A stretch of 64,000 bases of DNA from an uncultured Clostridium sp. (GTDB taxonomy: Bacteria; Bacillota; Clostridia; TANB77; CAG-508), in assembly GCA_964370905.1 (NCBI GenBank), contig CAYJKK010000004.1:38289-102288 (forward strand). The letters are read 5' to 3'. The notes under the pieces are model-generated. The model was not told where the DNA came from. It made no database searches and saw only the letters and a program-made list of their open reading frames with translations. The position numbers and the translations under genes are program-made. Below are positions 38,144 to 47,669 of this stretch, piece after piece; the first letter of the stretch is position 1; the number at the start of each line of letters is the position of its first letter.

Positions 38144-39202
38144 ATGTTTAAAAGAATAGATACAAAAAAAATAATGGTAGGAAATGTACAAATAGGTGGG
38201 CAAAATAAAGTTGTAATACAATCTATGTGTAATACAAAAACAAAAGATATAGAAGCAACTGTAAAACAAATATTAGAACTAGAAAAATTAGGATGTGAAA
38301 TAGTTAGAGTAGCATGTTTAGATATAGAAGATGCAAAAGCAATAAAAGAAATTAAACAAAAAGTAAATATTCCACTTGTTGCTGATATTCATTTTGACTA
38401 TAAAATAGCATTAGAAGCAATAGACGCAGGAGTAGATAAAGTACGAATAAACCCAGGAAATATTGGAAGCATCGAAAGAATAAAAGCAGTTGTAGATAAA
38501 TGCAAAGAAAAAAACATACCAATTAGAATAGGGGTAAATGCAGGTTCACTAGATAAAGAATTATTACAAAAATATGGAAAACCAACAGCAAAAGCAATGG
38601 TAGAAAGTGCTAAAAAACATACAGATATATTAGAATCTTTAGACTTTAAAAACTATGCAATATCTTTAAAAGCTTCTAAATTAGATTTGTGTATAGAAAG
38701 CTATAAAGAAGCAGCTAAAGTATTTAATTGCCCTCTTCATTTAGGTGTAACAGAATCTGGAACAGAATTTGGTGGAACAATAAAATCTAGTATAGGATTA
38801 GGTATCTTATTAAGAGAAGGTATAGGAGATACTTTGAGAGTATCTTTATCAGATGATCCGACTAAAGAAATACCAGTAGCAAAAGAGATACTTAAAAATT
38901 GTAACTTATATTCAAAATCACCAACATTAATAGCCTGCCCTACTTGTGGTAGAACACAAATAGATTTAATTCCTATGGCTAAGAAAGTAGAAGAGTTTTT
39001 ACAAACAATAGAAGCGGATATTACTGTTGCAGTAATGGGATGTGTTGTAAATGGACCTGGAGAAGCAAGAGAAGCAGATATTGGTATTGCTGGAGGAATT
39101 AATGAAGGCTTGTTATTTAAAAAGGGTGAAATAATTAGAAAAGTAAAACAAGAAGAAATTGTAAAAGTTTTAAAAGAAGAAATTTTAGATATGATAAAAT
39201 AA
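38144..39202 (+). CDS. ispG: 4-hydroxy-3-methylbut-2-en-1-yl diphosphate synthase
   Basis: 352 aa. [29 protein letters not shown]...GCVVNGPGE cluster ligands. Confidence 0.92.
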   Translation: MFKRIDTKKIMVGNVQIGGQNKVVIQSMCNTKTKDIEATVKQILELEKLGCEIVRVACLDIEDAKAIKEIKQKVNIPLVADIHFDYKIALEAIDAGVDKVRINPGNIGSIERIKAVVDKCKEKNIPIRIGVNAGSLDKELLQKYGKPTAKAMVESAKKHTDILESLDFKNYAISLKASKLDLCIESYKEAAKVFNCPLHLGVTESGTEFGGTIKSSIGLGILLREGIGDTLRVSLSDDPTKEIPVAKEILKNCNLYSKSPTLIACPTCGRTQIDLIPMAKKVEEFLQTIEADITVAVMGCVVNGPGEAREADIGIAGGINEGLLFKKGEIIRKVKQEEIVKVLKEEILDMIK

Positions 39203-39409
39203 GCAAGAAAAGGAAGAATAACATCCTTTAAAGAATGCTTAAAAAATAATATTGTTCCATTTATTATATTAGAAAAAGAGAAATTATACTATTATAGAGG
39301 TTTAAAAGAGTATCAAACTGGAGGAGAAAAAGGATATTTAGAAGATACATGTCTACATGCTCAAGACCAATATATTCTTCTTATTAAAAAGTTTCTAAGT
39401 TTAAATTAA
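39203..39409 (+). pseudogene. C-terminal remnant of a Fic-family protein gene (68 codons, no start codon)
   Basis: Open frame ARKGRITSFKECLKNNIVPFIILEKEKLYYYRGLKEYQTGGEKGYLEDTCLHAQDQY. Resembles the region from the end of the Fic motif (GNGRxGRL) to the C-terminus of small Firmicute Fic proteins, from memory. Confidence 0.45.
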
Positions 39410-39431
39410 AAATAAAGAAAAACAACAAAAA

Positions 39432-39467
39432 AACAGTAATAAACATTTAAGTTAATTACTGTTTTTT
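39432..39467. terminator. Bidirectional terminator (ispG side and the capA-like side)
   Basis: AACAGTAAT, 13-nt loop, ATTACTGTT, flanked by A and T runs. Confidence 0.6.
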
Positions 39468-39470
39468 ATA

Positions 39471-40763
39471 TTATATCTCTTTACCTAGTACGTTATATAC
39501 ATTATCACGTTCTTTAACAAGTAAGTTATATGTAGAAGTACCAATAGATGTATCAATACCATTTTCAAAATCATATATTTCTTGCTCTATATCTAAAACC
39601 TTCATACGCCTAATAGATAAATTAGGATCTTTATACATATATATGGGTATATAATCTGCACTATCAACTGTTAATTTATTATCAGATGTTTTAGTAATTT
39701 CTAAATTTAATATAGCAGAAGTTCTAGTGTTTTGATAAACTTGATCACATATAAAATTACCAAGTGCATATACTACAAAACAATCTTTTATAGTTCCATC
39801 ATCTAGTGTAATTGTTCTTTTTTCCATAGGTTGAATTACATGTGGATGATTTCCAAGAATTATATCAACGCCATTTTTAAATAAGAAATCTGTAAGTTCA
39901 TCTTGATTTGAATTTTGCTTTTGTACATATTCAGTCCCCCAGTGCATAGATGTAATAATAACATCCGCTTCTTGAGTTTTAGCTAAATTAATATCAGATA
40001 AAATTAAAACTTTATCAATTAAATTAACAGAATAACTTTTATCAGTTGGAACAGGAATACCATTAGTTCCATATGTATAACTTAAAAATGCAACTTTAAG
40101 ACCATTTAAATCTTTAAACAAAATTGTATCTCTAGATTCCTTAGATGTATATGTACCAACATTTTCAATATTATTTTCTTCTAACTTTTCAATAGTTCTT
40201 TCTAATCCAGAATAACCATAATCTAAAGCATGATTACCTGCAGTAGATAAAATATCTATTCCTATATTACTTAAGCTAGTAGCTAAGCTGCTAGGAGAGT
40301 TAAACAAAGGATAATTACTATAACCTCTATCTTTACCTGCAAAAGTTGTTTCTAAACTTGCAATAGTTATATCCGCTTCTTGAGTATATTTAATAATATC
40401 ATTAAAAACATAATCAAAATCATATGTATTAGTACTACTTTGGTATGCATCAAAATATTGAGTATTATGACACATAACGTCACCTAAGGCAGTAAGGGTA
40501 AAAGATTTACTAGTAATAATTTCTTCTTGTTCTAGTTCATTAGAATCACTACTATCTAAAGAACTATTATCAATATTTTGTGTATTAATATCTGAACTAG
40601 TATGTGATGTTTCATTATCCCTATTTAAGAAGTAAAATAAAGTAATAATAGATAATATAATTAAGATTATAAAAATAAAAGATATAAAAAGATTTTTGAA
40701 ATTTGATTTAGACTTAGTAATATTATTGTTATTAGAATAATTACTATGTTTACCATGTTTCAT
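39471..40763 (-). CDS. CapA-family (PGA_cap) metallophosphatase-like membrane-anchored protein
   Basis: N-terminal TM helix. GDVMCH, AGNHALDYG, SMHWGTEY, GNHPHV motifs. Confidence 0.8.
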   Translation of the reverse strand: MKHGKHSNYSNNNNITKSKSNFKNLFISFIFIILIILSIITLFYFLNRDNETSHTSSDINTQNIDNSSLDSSDSNELEQEEIITSKSFTLTALGDVMCHNTQYFDAYQSSTNTYDFDYVFNDIIKYTQEADITIASLETTFAGKDRGYSNYPLFNSPSSLATSLSNIGIDILSTAGNHALDYGYSGLERTIEKLEENNIENVGTYTSKESRDTILFKDLNGLKVAFLSYTYGTNGIPVPTDKSYSVNLIDKVLILSDINLAKTQEADVIITSMHWGTEYVQKQNSNQDELTDFLFKNGVDIILGNHPHVIQPMEKRTITLDDGTIKDCFVVYALGNFICDQVYQNTRTSAILNLEITKTSDNKLTVDSADYIPIYMYKDPNLSIRRMKVLDIEQEIYDFENGIDTSIGTSTYNLLVKERDNVYNVLGKEI

Positions 40764-40921
40764 ATAAATTCCCCCTTTAATATATCTAAAAATATATCAT
40801 AAGGAGAATAAAAAGTATATAAGATATTGATAAAATATATATTTGTGTAATATAATGTACAAATAAAGAGATATAAATAGATCACTTTAGATATATTAGG
40901 CTCATGAAAGGAGCAAAAAAT

Positions 40922-41806
40922 ATGAAAGAAAGTATTTTTAAAGGATGTGGAACAGCAATCATCACACCATTTATAGGTGATGAAATTAATTATGAGGAAT
41001 TTGAAAAAATGTTAGAATTCCAAATTAAAGAAGGAGTAAAAGCAATTATTGTATGTGGGACAACAGGTGAATCTTCTACAATGACAGAAGAGGAAAAGAA
41101 AACTCTAATTAAGTTTACAGTAGATAAAGTAGCTAAAAGAGTAAAAGTAATAGCTGGAACAGGAGGAAATTCTACTAAAGCAGTTATAGAATTATCTAAA
41201 TATGCAGATAGTGTTGGTGTTGATGGACTTTTAATAGTAACACCATACTATAATAAAACAACACAAGAAGGATTAAGACTCCACTATAATAAAATAGCAG
41301 AAGCGGTAAATACACCAATAATAATATATAGTGTACCAGGAAGAACTGGGTTAAACATAGATGCAAACACGTGTTTAGAACTATCTAAAATAAAAAATAT
41401 AGTTGCTATAAAAGAAGCAAGTGGTAATATTTCGCAAGTAGCTAAAATAGCTAGCTTATGTGGAGATAACTTACATATATATTCAGGAAATGATGACCAG
41501 ATTGTACCTGTATTATCATTAGGTGGATTAGGAGTAATATCAGTACTTTCTAATATAATACCAAAAGATACACAAAAAATGGTAGAAAGCTATTTATCAG
41601 GAGATATAAAAACATCATTAGAACTACAATTAAGAACTTTAGATTTATCTAATAGTCTTTTTACAGAAGTAAATCCAATACCAGTAAAAGCTGCTTGTAA
41701 TATGATTGGATTTAATAGTGGCATTCCTAGATTACCATTAATAGAAGCAAGTAATAATTGTAAAGAAAAAATGAAAAAAGAAATAGAAAAATATATGAAT
41801 AAATAG
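40922..41806 (+). CDS. dapA: 4-hydroxy-tetrahydrodipicolinate synthase
   Basis: GTTGESSTMT, YNKTTQEG, IKEASG. RBS AAAGGAG before the ATG at 40922. Confidence 0.92.
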   Translation: MKESIFKGCGTAIITPFIGDEINYEEFEKMLEFQIKEGVKAIIVCGTTGESSTMTEEEKKTLIKFTVDKVAKRVKVIAGTGGNSTKAVIELSKYADSVGVDGLLIVTPYYNKTTQEGLRLHYNKIAEAVNTPIIIYSVPGRTGLNIDANTCLELSKIKNIVAIKEASGNISQVAKIASLCGDNLHIYSGNDDQIVPVLSLGGLGVISVLSNIIPKDTQKMVESYLSGDIKTSLELQLRTLDLSNSLFTEVNPIPVKAACNMIGFNSGIPRLPLIEASNNCKEKMKKEIEKYMNK

Positions 41807-41815
41807 AGGTGAGTA

Positions 41816-42568
41816 ATGAAAGTTTTAGTAATCGGAGCTAAAGGAAGAATGGGGCAAGAGGTAATAAATCAAATAAATACATCAGAAGATTATATAGTTT
41901 TAGCTGGAATAGATAAAGAAGATGAAATATGTAATAATATTAAGATATATGATGATCCATATAAATTAGAAGAAGTACCAGATATAATAATAGATTTTTC
42001 TCTTCCTATTGTAACAATGAAAATTTTAAAATATGCAGTAGATAAAAAAGTGCCTATGGTAATTGCTACAACAGGGTTTACAGAAGCGGAAACAGAACAA
42101 ATAAACAAATGTTCGGAAGTTGTACCTATATTTAAATCTCATAATATGTCATATAACATTAGTCTTATGATGAACATTATAAGCAAGTTAGCTATTGAAT
42201 TAGAGGATAATGATATAGAGATAACTGAAACACACCATAAAAATAAGGTAGATAGCCCAAGTGGTACAGCATTGATGCTTGCAAATTCTATGAATGAAGC
42301 ATTAAATGATAAAATGGAATATATGTTCGATAGAACAAAACAAAGAAAACAAAGAGATATAAATGAGATAGGTATACATTCAGTAAGAGGCGGAACAGAG
42401 GTAGGAACACATAGTGTAACTTTCTTTGGTGATAATGAAAAATTTGAAATAACTCATACTGTAACATCTAGAAGTATTTTTGCAAAAGGGGCAATAAAAG
42501 CAGCTAAGTTTTTAATAAATAAGCCAGCTAAAATGTATAATATGAAGGATTTAAGCATAAATAAATAG
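41816..42568 (+). CDS. dapB: 4-hydroxy-tetrahydrodipicolinate reductase
   Basis: MKVLVIGAKGRMG, ETHHKNKVDSPSGTA. Confidence 0.92.
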   Translation: MKVLVIGAKGRMGQEVINQINTSEDYIVLAGIDKEDEICNNIKIYDDPYKLEEVPDIIIDFSLPIVTMKILKYAVDKKVPMVIATTGFTEAETEQINKCSEVVPIFKSHNMSYNISLMMNIISKLAIELEDNDIEITETHHKNKVDSPSGTALMLANSMNEALNDKMEYMFDRTKQRKQRDINEIGIHSVRGGTEVGTHSVTFFGDNEKFEITHTVTSRSIFAKGAIKAAKFLINKPAKMYNMKDLSINK

Positions 42569-42586
42569 AAAAATACTATGTAAACC

Positions 42587-42615
42587 TTGATTATGAATAA
42601 AATATAGTATATAAT
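42587..42615 (+). promoter_or_regulatory. Sigma-A promoter of orphan gene E
   Basis: TTGATT, 17 nt, TATAAT. Confidence 0.55.
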
Positions 42616-42701
42616 AATGCCTATGCTAATATTAATTGTATTCATATAATTATATGGAAGCAAATAATAGTTTAGATTATAATACAAGAGGAGACAGAAA
42701 A

Positions 42702-43607
42702 ATGAAAAACACGATGAAAGAAAAAACAAAAGAACTAGTGCTAGACACTAAGAAAATGGAGGAGTTAGCAATTCGGGCAAAAACAGTAGGAACATATATT
42801 GAGTTTCTAAATAGTAATGGTTACTGTGAAGAAATAGATGTAGTTAAATTAGAAGTATTGCAGGAACAATTAAATGAAATCTCTACAGATATGATGCATA
42901 TTGAATCTCAAGTGAGATTACATAAGTTACAATATAGTTTAAAAAGCTATATTGTAGAAATTGTAGAAGAATTAGAGTTAGAAAATATATTGCCATATAT
43001 TTTTATTAACAAAAGATTATCATCTTTCTTAGAAAGATGTAGTTCGATAAAATTTTATCAATATCATATGAGTAATTTCTTTAGTTATTTAGAAGAAAGA
43101 CTAGATGAAGTATCAAAATACTTAACTAAAAATGAAAAAGGTAATAAGATTTTAGAGTATATTGAAGAAGCAATTAAAAAAAGGAATGCATTAGAAATTG
43201 AATATTTGAAATCTCCAACAGTTAACCCATATGCCCATTATAAGAATGAAGCTATATATTATCCAAAATTAAATAACCATTTTATAGCTTTAGGTTTAGA
43301 ATGGGAGCATATAGAACGTGATTTTCACACCAAATATCTTGATAAAGGATATACAGGTGATAGATCTGTTCGAGTAAATGGTAGAATAATATATGGTGAT
43401 TTACTTAAAATCTTCTTAAGGCTAGTAAATGAATTAGAACCTAGCTTAGAGACAATTGAAATTAAAAGGAAACTAAATTATGTATATGATTCTCATATGG
43501 CATATTCAAAAGCTAATATGTGCAGGAATCCTTTTAATTTTACAATGCTTAATAATTTTAAGGAATTAGAATTAGAGCTAGAAAAACTATTTAAAATATT
43601 AATATAA
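42702..43607 (+). CDS. Orphan protein E (about 301 aa)
   Basis: RBS GAGGAGA before the ATG at 42702. The ORF-track TTG start at 42636 lacks an RBS. Confidence 0.65.
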   Translation: MKNTMKEKTKELVLDTKKMEELAIRAKTVGTYIEFLNSNGYCEEIDVVKLEVLQEQLNEISTDMMHIESQVRLHKLQYSLKSYIVEIVEELELENILPYIFINKRLSSFLERCSSIKFYQYHMSNFFSYLEERLDEVSKYLTKNEKGNKILEYIEEAIKKRNALEIEYLKSPTVNPYAHYKNEAIYYPKLNNHFIALGLEWEHIERDFHTKYLDKGYTGDRSVRVNGRIIYGDLLKIFLRLVNELEPSLETIEIKRKLNYVYDSHMAYSKANMCRNPFNFTMLNNFKELELELEKLFKILI

Positions 43608-43616
43608 TCTAAACTA

Positions 43617-43646
43617 AACAGGCTACTTAAGTGTAGCCTGTTATTT
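43617..43646 (+). terminator. Intrinsic terminator of gene E
   Basis: AACAGGCTAC-ttaagt-GTAGCCTGTT followed by ttattt. Confidence 0.7.
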
Positions 43647-43673
43647 GACTATTTTATTAACATAATGTATAAT
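43645..43673 (+). promoter_or_regulatory. Sigma-A promoter of orphan genes F-G
   Basis: TTGACT, 17 nt, TATAAT. Confidence 0.6.
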
Positions 43674-43772
43674 GTTTGCATAGTATTTTTAAATGTGTGT
43701 TATATATAAATATATTTACACGTATATCCCTATAATAATATTATAATACAAAAGACAAGAGGAGATAGCAAC

Positions 43773-44288
43773 ATGAGTGAAGAAAAAATAAAGTATACAA
43801 AGGAAGAAATAGAAAAGTTTAAAGAGATTAATTTTCACTTTAATACAATAAGTGAAAAAATTAAAGAAACTTTAACTAAAAAGAGTAATGGAAATATTAT
43901 TTCATATATTTCAAATATTCCAAGTAAAGAGCAAACGGTTAAAGAATTTATATTTGATGAGATAATTGTTCATATTTTTAAAAATCAAATTAAAATTGAA
44001 GAACCTATAATTGTACAATCTGTTATAGTAGATAAAGAAAATGAAGATGTAGAGCTAGAATATTTTTTCGTAGCAGTAGATACACAATTACCTATATGCT
44101 ATTTGAAAAATACGGAATTAAAGGTTCAAGATTTTCCAATTCTTATGTCTACAGTGTTAGCTCATTTAAAAACACAAGCAGCATTTATAGAAGCAACATC
44201 AATAATAGAGTTGCCAAAACCTTTTATAATTAAGAAGTCAATTGAAGAGGTAAGAAGATTAGTAAATTCATATAAACTTGAGGAATAG
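43773..44288 (+). CDS. Orphan protein F (171 aa)
   Basis: RBS AGAGGAGA. No known motif. Confidence 0.65.
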   Translation: MSEEKIKYTKEEIEKFKEINFHFNTISEKIKETLTKKSNGNIISYISNIPSKEQTVKEFIFDEIIVHIFKNQIKIEEPIIVQSVIVDKENEDVELEYFFVAVDTQLPICYLKNTELKVQDFPILMSTVLAHLKTQAAFIEATSIIELPKPFIIKKSIEEVRRLVNSYKLEE

Positions 44289-44343
44289 ATTAAAACTGAT
44301 TTTAGGGATAATCAGTTTTAGAATAACAACAAAGGAGAAACAA

Positions 44344-45159
44344 ATGGAAGTTTTTAAAAAATTGGCTGATATACAAATTATACCAGACTTAGTAACAAGT
44401 ATAAGACAACGGGCAGAAAAATTTTTACCGTGCTCCTCAAAAAGTAAAAAGCAAATGAATTATGAAAAAGTACATTTAAAATACTTCACTAATTTTTATT
44501 TAGCTAGAACAGAGTTATACATTGTTATAGTAGAAGTATTTAAAAGAGTTCAACAAATTGAAAGGAATAAATCACAAATCAGTTTAGTAAGAAAACAATT
44601 TGAAAATACACTAAGTAAGTTCTCTTTTAAAGATTACTATAAGGTAAATAAGCAATCAGATGATGAGACTGAAAAAATTAAAATATGTATAGAATTGATA
44701 AAAAATAATTCTAAAGCTGAGTGTTTAGAAAAAATATCATTTGATAACTTACAATTTTCATTTCGTGGAAATCTAAGAGAAAATGCAATAGAACTCCTTA
44801 TTTCAAATGCATTAGAGGATACGGTTTTAATTGAATTAGAAGCATTGCTAAAAGCTTTAAAGAATGAAGAACTATTTTCAAAATTTGAAATTTTGAAATA
44901 TTCTAAATGTGGATTAACTGTGGCTCATGGAAATATTGAATCAATTATTTTGGTTATGCAAGAATTGGAAACTTTCTTAAAAGTTATAGCTCAAAAAAAT
45001 CGAAAACATATAAAAGGCCATATGTACAAAGAATTAATGAGTAAGTTCAAAATCATGTATGAATATCAAGCACTTTATGTAGATATTTCTTATTTGAATG
45101 ATATCTTTATATTAATTCACAAATTTATAAATGAAATATATGTTTCATTAAAAAAATAA
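44344..45159 (+). CDS. Orphan protein G (about 271 aa)
   Basis: RBS AAAGGAGAAA before the ATG at 44344. The ORF-track start at 44278 would overlap F and a 10-bp hairpin. Confidence 0.6.
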   Translation: MEVFKKLADIQIIPDLVTSIRQRAEKFLPCSSKSKKQMNYEKVHLKYFTNFYLARTELYIVIVEVFKRVQQIERNKSQISLVRKQFENTLSKFSFKDYYKVNKQSDDETEKIKICIELIKNNSKAECLEKISFDNLQFSFRGNLRENAIELLISNALEDTVLIELEALLKALKNEELFSKFEILKYSKCGLTVAHGNIESIILVMQELETFLKVIAQKNRKHIKGHMYKELMSKFKIMYEYQALYVDISYLNDIFILIHKFINEIYVSLKK

Positions 45160-45175
45160 CTTAATTTAGTTAAAC

Positions 45176-45210
45176 AAAAAATCATATTGTAAAAGATATG
45201 ATTTTTTTGT
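45176..45210 (+). terminator. Intrinsic terminator after gene G
   Basis: AAAAATCATAT-tgtaaaag-ATATGATTTTT followed by a T run. Confidence 0.75.
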
Positions 45211-45366
45211 TTTTAAATTTCTAATCTTAGAGTTGAATTTTAAAATATATTTTATGTTTATAATTTTAAGATTAATATATTTATTATTATATACTAGCTG
45301 AAAAAAATTACTTGAAAAAAATTTTAAGTAATGTTATTATAGAAAAAAATTAAGGAGGAATAAAAA

Positions 45367-46647
45367 ATGACAATTTTACTAAAAAATGGAACACTAATTG
45401 ATTACAAAACAAATGTTTTTGCTAAAAAAGATATTTTACTAAAAGACGAAAAAGTATCTAACATTTCAGATAGTATTGAATATGATGCTGATAAAGTTAT
45501 TGATTGTACTAATTTATACATTATGCCAGGTATGATAGATATGCATGTACATTTAAGAGATCCTGGGTTTACTCATAAAGAAACAATTATGACAGGCGCT
45601 AAAAGTGCAGTTAGTGGTGGATTTACTACGATATGTCCTATGCCAAACACAAAACCTGTACCAGATAATATAGAAGTCTTAAAAGATATATTAAAAAGAG
45701 CTAAAGAAGCTAACTTATGTAATATACTTCCATATGCATCTGTTTCTAAATCGGAAAAAGGTGAAGAATTAGTAAATTTTGAAGAATTAAAAAAAGCTGG
45801 AGCTATTGCATTTTCAGATGATGGTATTCCAGTTACAAATAGTAGATTAATGAGAGAAGCTATAATAAAGGCAGATAAACTTGGGACTTTTGTAGCTTCT
45901 CATTGTGAGGAAAAATCTGTAGCTTCTGGTGTGATACATGCTGGTAAAGTGGCAGACGAGTTAGGTGTAGAAGGTGTACTTCCAGAAGCGGAAGAAATAA
46001 TGGCCGCAAGAGAGATTGTTTTAGCAGAAACGAACACTGTTCGCTCTCATATTTGTCATATAAGTACTAAAACTACAAAAAATATGATAACAGATGCTAA
46101 AAAAAGGGGTGTTAAGATATCAGTAGAGGTATGTACACATCATTTTGCATTAACAGTTGATAAAGTTTTAGAAGTAGGTGCAAATGCAAAAATGAATCCT
46201 CCTTTAAGAGACGAAATAGATAGATTAACTATGATAGAAGGTTTAAGAGATGGAACAATAGATACAATAGTAACAGATCATGCACCACACAGTAAAGAAG
46301 AAAAAGAAGCTGGATTAGAAAAAGCTCCAAATGGTATAATTGGATTTGAAACAGCATTATCAACAGAGATTATGAATTTAATAGATCCAGGTCATATATC
46401 ATATTTAGACTTAGTTAAATTAACGTCATATAACGCGGCACAATTACTTAAAATAGATAGAGGGATACTTGATATAGGTAAAGTAGCAGACATCACTATT
46501 TTTGATCCTAATTATAAATATGTGTATACTGAGAATATGATAGTTTCTAAATCTAAAAACTCTCCTTTTATAGGTATGGAGTTAAAAGGAAAAGTTAAGT
46601 ATACATTGGTAAATGGGAATGTTGTATTTGAAGATGTTAATATATAA
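45367..46647 (+). CDS. pyrC: Dihydroorotase
   Basis: IDMHVHLRDPG, DHAPH. Confidence 0.92.
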   Translation: MTILLKNGTLIDYKTNVFAKKDILLKDEKVSNISDSIEYDADKVIDCTNLYIMPGMIDMHVHLRDPGFTHKETIMTGAKSAVSGGFTTICPMPNTKPVPDNIEVLKDILKRAKEANLCNILPYASVSKSEKGEELVNFEELKKAGAIAFSDDGIPVTNSRLMREAIIKADKLGTFVASHCEEKSVASGVIHAGKVADELGVEGVLPEAEEIMAAREIVLAETNTVRSHICHISTKTTKNMITDAKKRGVKISVEVCTHHFALTVDKVLEVGANAKMNPPLRDEIDRLTMIEGLRDGTIDTIVTDHAPHSKEEKEAGLEKAPNGIIGFETALSTEIMNLIDPGHISYLDLVKLTSYNAAQLLKIDRGILDIGKVADITIFDPNYKYVYTENMIVSKSKNSPFIGMELKGKVKYTLVNGNVVFEDVNI

Positions 46648-46729
46648 ATCTATATACAGCTATATGCATCTAAGTATATAGATAATTAAAAGTAAAACGA
46701 TATAATATTTTGAAAGGAATTTGATTTTA

Positions 46730-47659
46730 ATGAAAATAGCAATAGATAGATTAATAGATAAGATAAAAGAAACAAATAACCCTACTATAATAGGTTTAGA
46801 CCCAAGGTTTGATATATTACCTAAGTGTGTAATTAATAAGTATCCAAAGACAATAGAAGGTGTTGCTCAAGCTATAGTAGAATATAACAAAAATATAATA
46901 GATGACGTATATGATATTATACCAGCTGTAAAACCTCAAATAGCTTTTTATGAAATGTTTGGTGTACCAGGTATGATAGCTTTTAAAGAAACATGTAAAT
47001 ATGCTAAAGAAAAAGGTATGATAGTAGTTGCAGATATTAAAAGAGGTGATATAGGGTCAACTGCAGAAGGTTATTCTAATGCGTATTTAGGTAAAACTAA
47101 AATAGGGGATATAGAACAAAGTATTTTTGATGTAGACTTTATTACAGTTAATCCATATATGGGATCGGATTCAGTTATTCCTTTTGTTAAAGATTGTATT
47201 AAATATGGTAAAGGAATATTTGTACTTGCTAAAACATCTAATCCATCTTCAGGCGAATTACAGGATTTACATTTAGAAGATGGTAAAGAAGTATATAAAA
47301 AGGTTTCTGAATTAATAGAAATGTGGGGAGAAGATTTAAGAGGTAAGTATGGATATAGTAGTGTTGCTTCTGTAGTTGGTGCTACATATAAAGAGCAACT
47401 ATCAGATATTAGAAAAATAGCTCCTCATACATATTTTTTAATTCCGGGTTATGGCGCTCAAGGAGGTAAAGCAGAAGATATAGCTCTTGGGTTTGATGAA
47501 AAAGGTTTAGGTGGACTTGTTAATGCTTCTAGAAGTTTAATGTGTGCATATAAAAATGATATGTATACAGATAAATATCAAGAAGAAGATTATGCTAAAG
47601 CTACAAGAGAAGAAGCTATAAGAATGAAAGAAGAATTAAATAAATATATAGGAAAGTAG
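46730..47659 (+). CDS. pyrF: Orotidine 5'-phosphate decarboxylase (long, type 2)
   Basis: IIGLDPRFDILP, VVADIKRGDIGSTA. The start could instead be the TTG at 46721. Confidence 0.88.
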   Translation: MKIAIDRLIDKIKETNNPTIIGLDPRFDILPKCVINKYPKTIEGVAQAIVEYNKNIIDDVYDIIPAVKPQIAFYEMFGVPGMIAFKETCKYAKEKGMIVVADIKRGDIGSTAEGYSNAYLGKTKIGDIEQSIFDVDFITVNPYMGSDSVIPFVKDCIKYGKGIFVLAKTSNPSSGELQDLHLEDGKEVYKKVSELIEMWGEDLRGKYGYSSVASVVGATYKEQLSDIRKIAPHTYFLIPGYGAQGGKAEDIALGFDEKGLGGLVNASRSLMCAYKNDMYTDKYQEEDYAKATREEAIRMKEELNKYIGK

Positions 47660-47669
47660 GGAATTAATT

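Noticed and set aside
40764-40921. Lysine riboswitch before dapA, and a T-box before cysE (32313-32376)
   Set aside because: The leaders are far too short (about 50-60 nt after the likely promoters), and no conserved cores were seen.
42636-42701. TTG start for orphan gene E
   Set aside because: No RBS. The ATG at 42702 is preceded by GAGGAGA at proper spacing.
44278-44343. Upstream start for orphan gene G overlapping gene F
   Set aside because: It would read through a 10-bp hairpin and has no RBS. The ATG at 44344 has AAAGGAG upstream.
45211-45366. PyrR-binding attenuator upstream of pyrC
   Set aside because: No UCCAGAGAGG-like binding loop. Only a weak 7-bp hairpin, ATTACTT/AAGTAAT.
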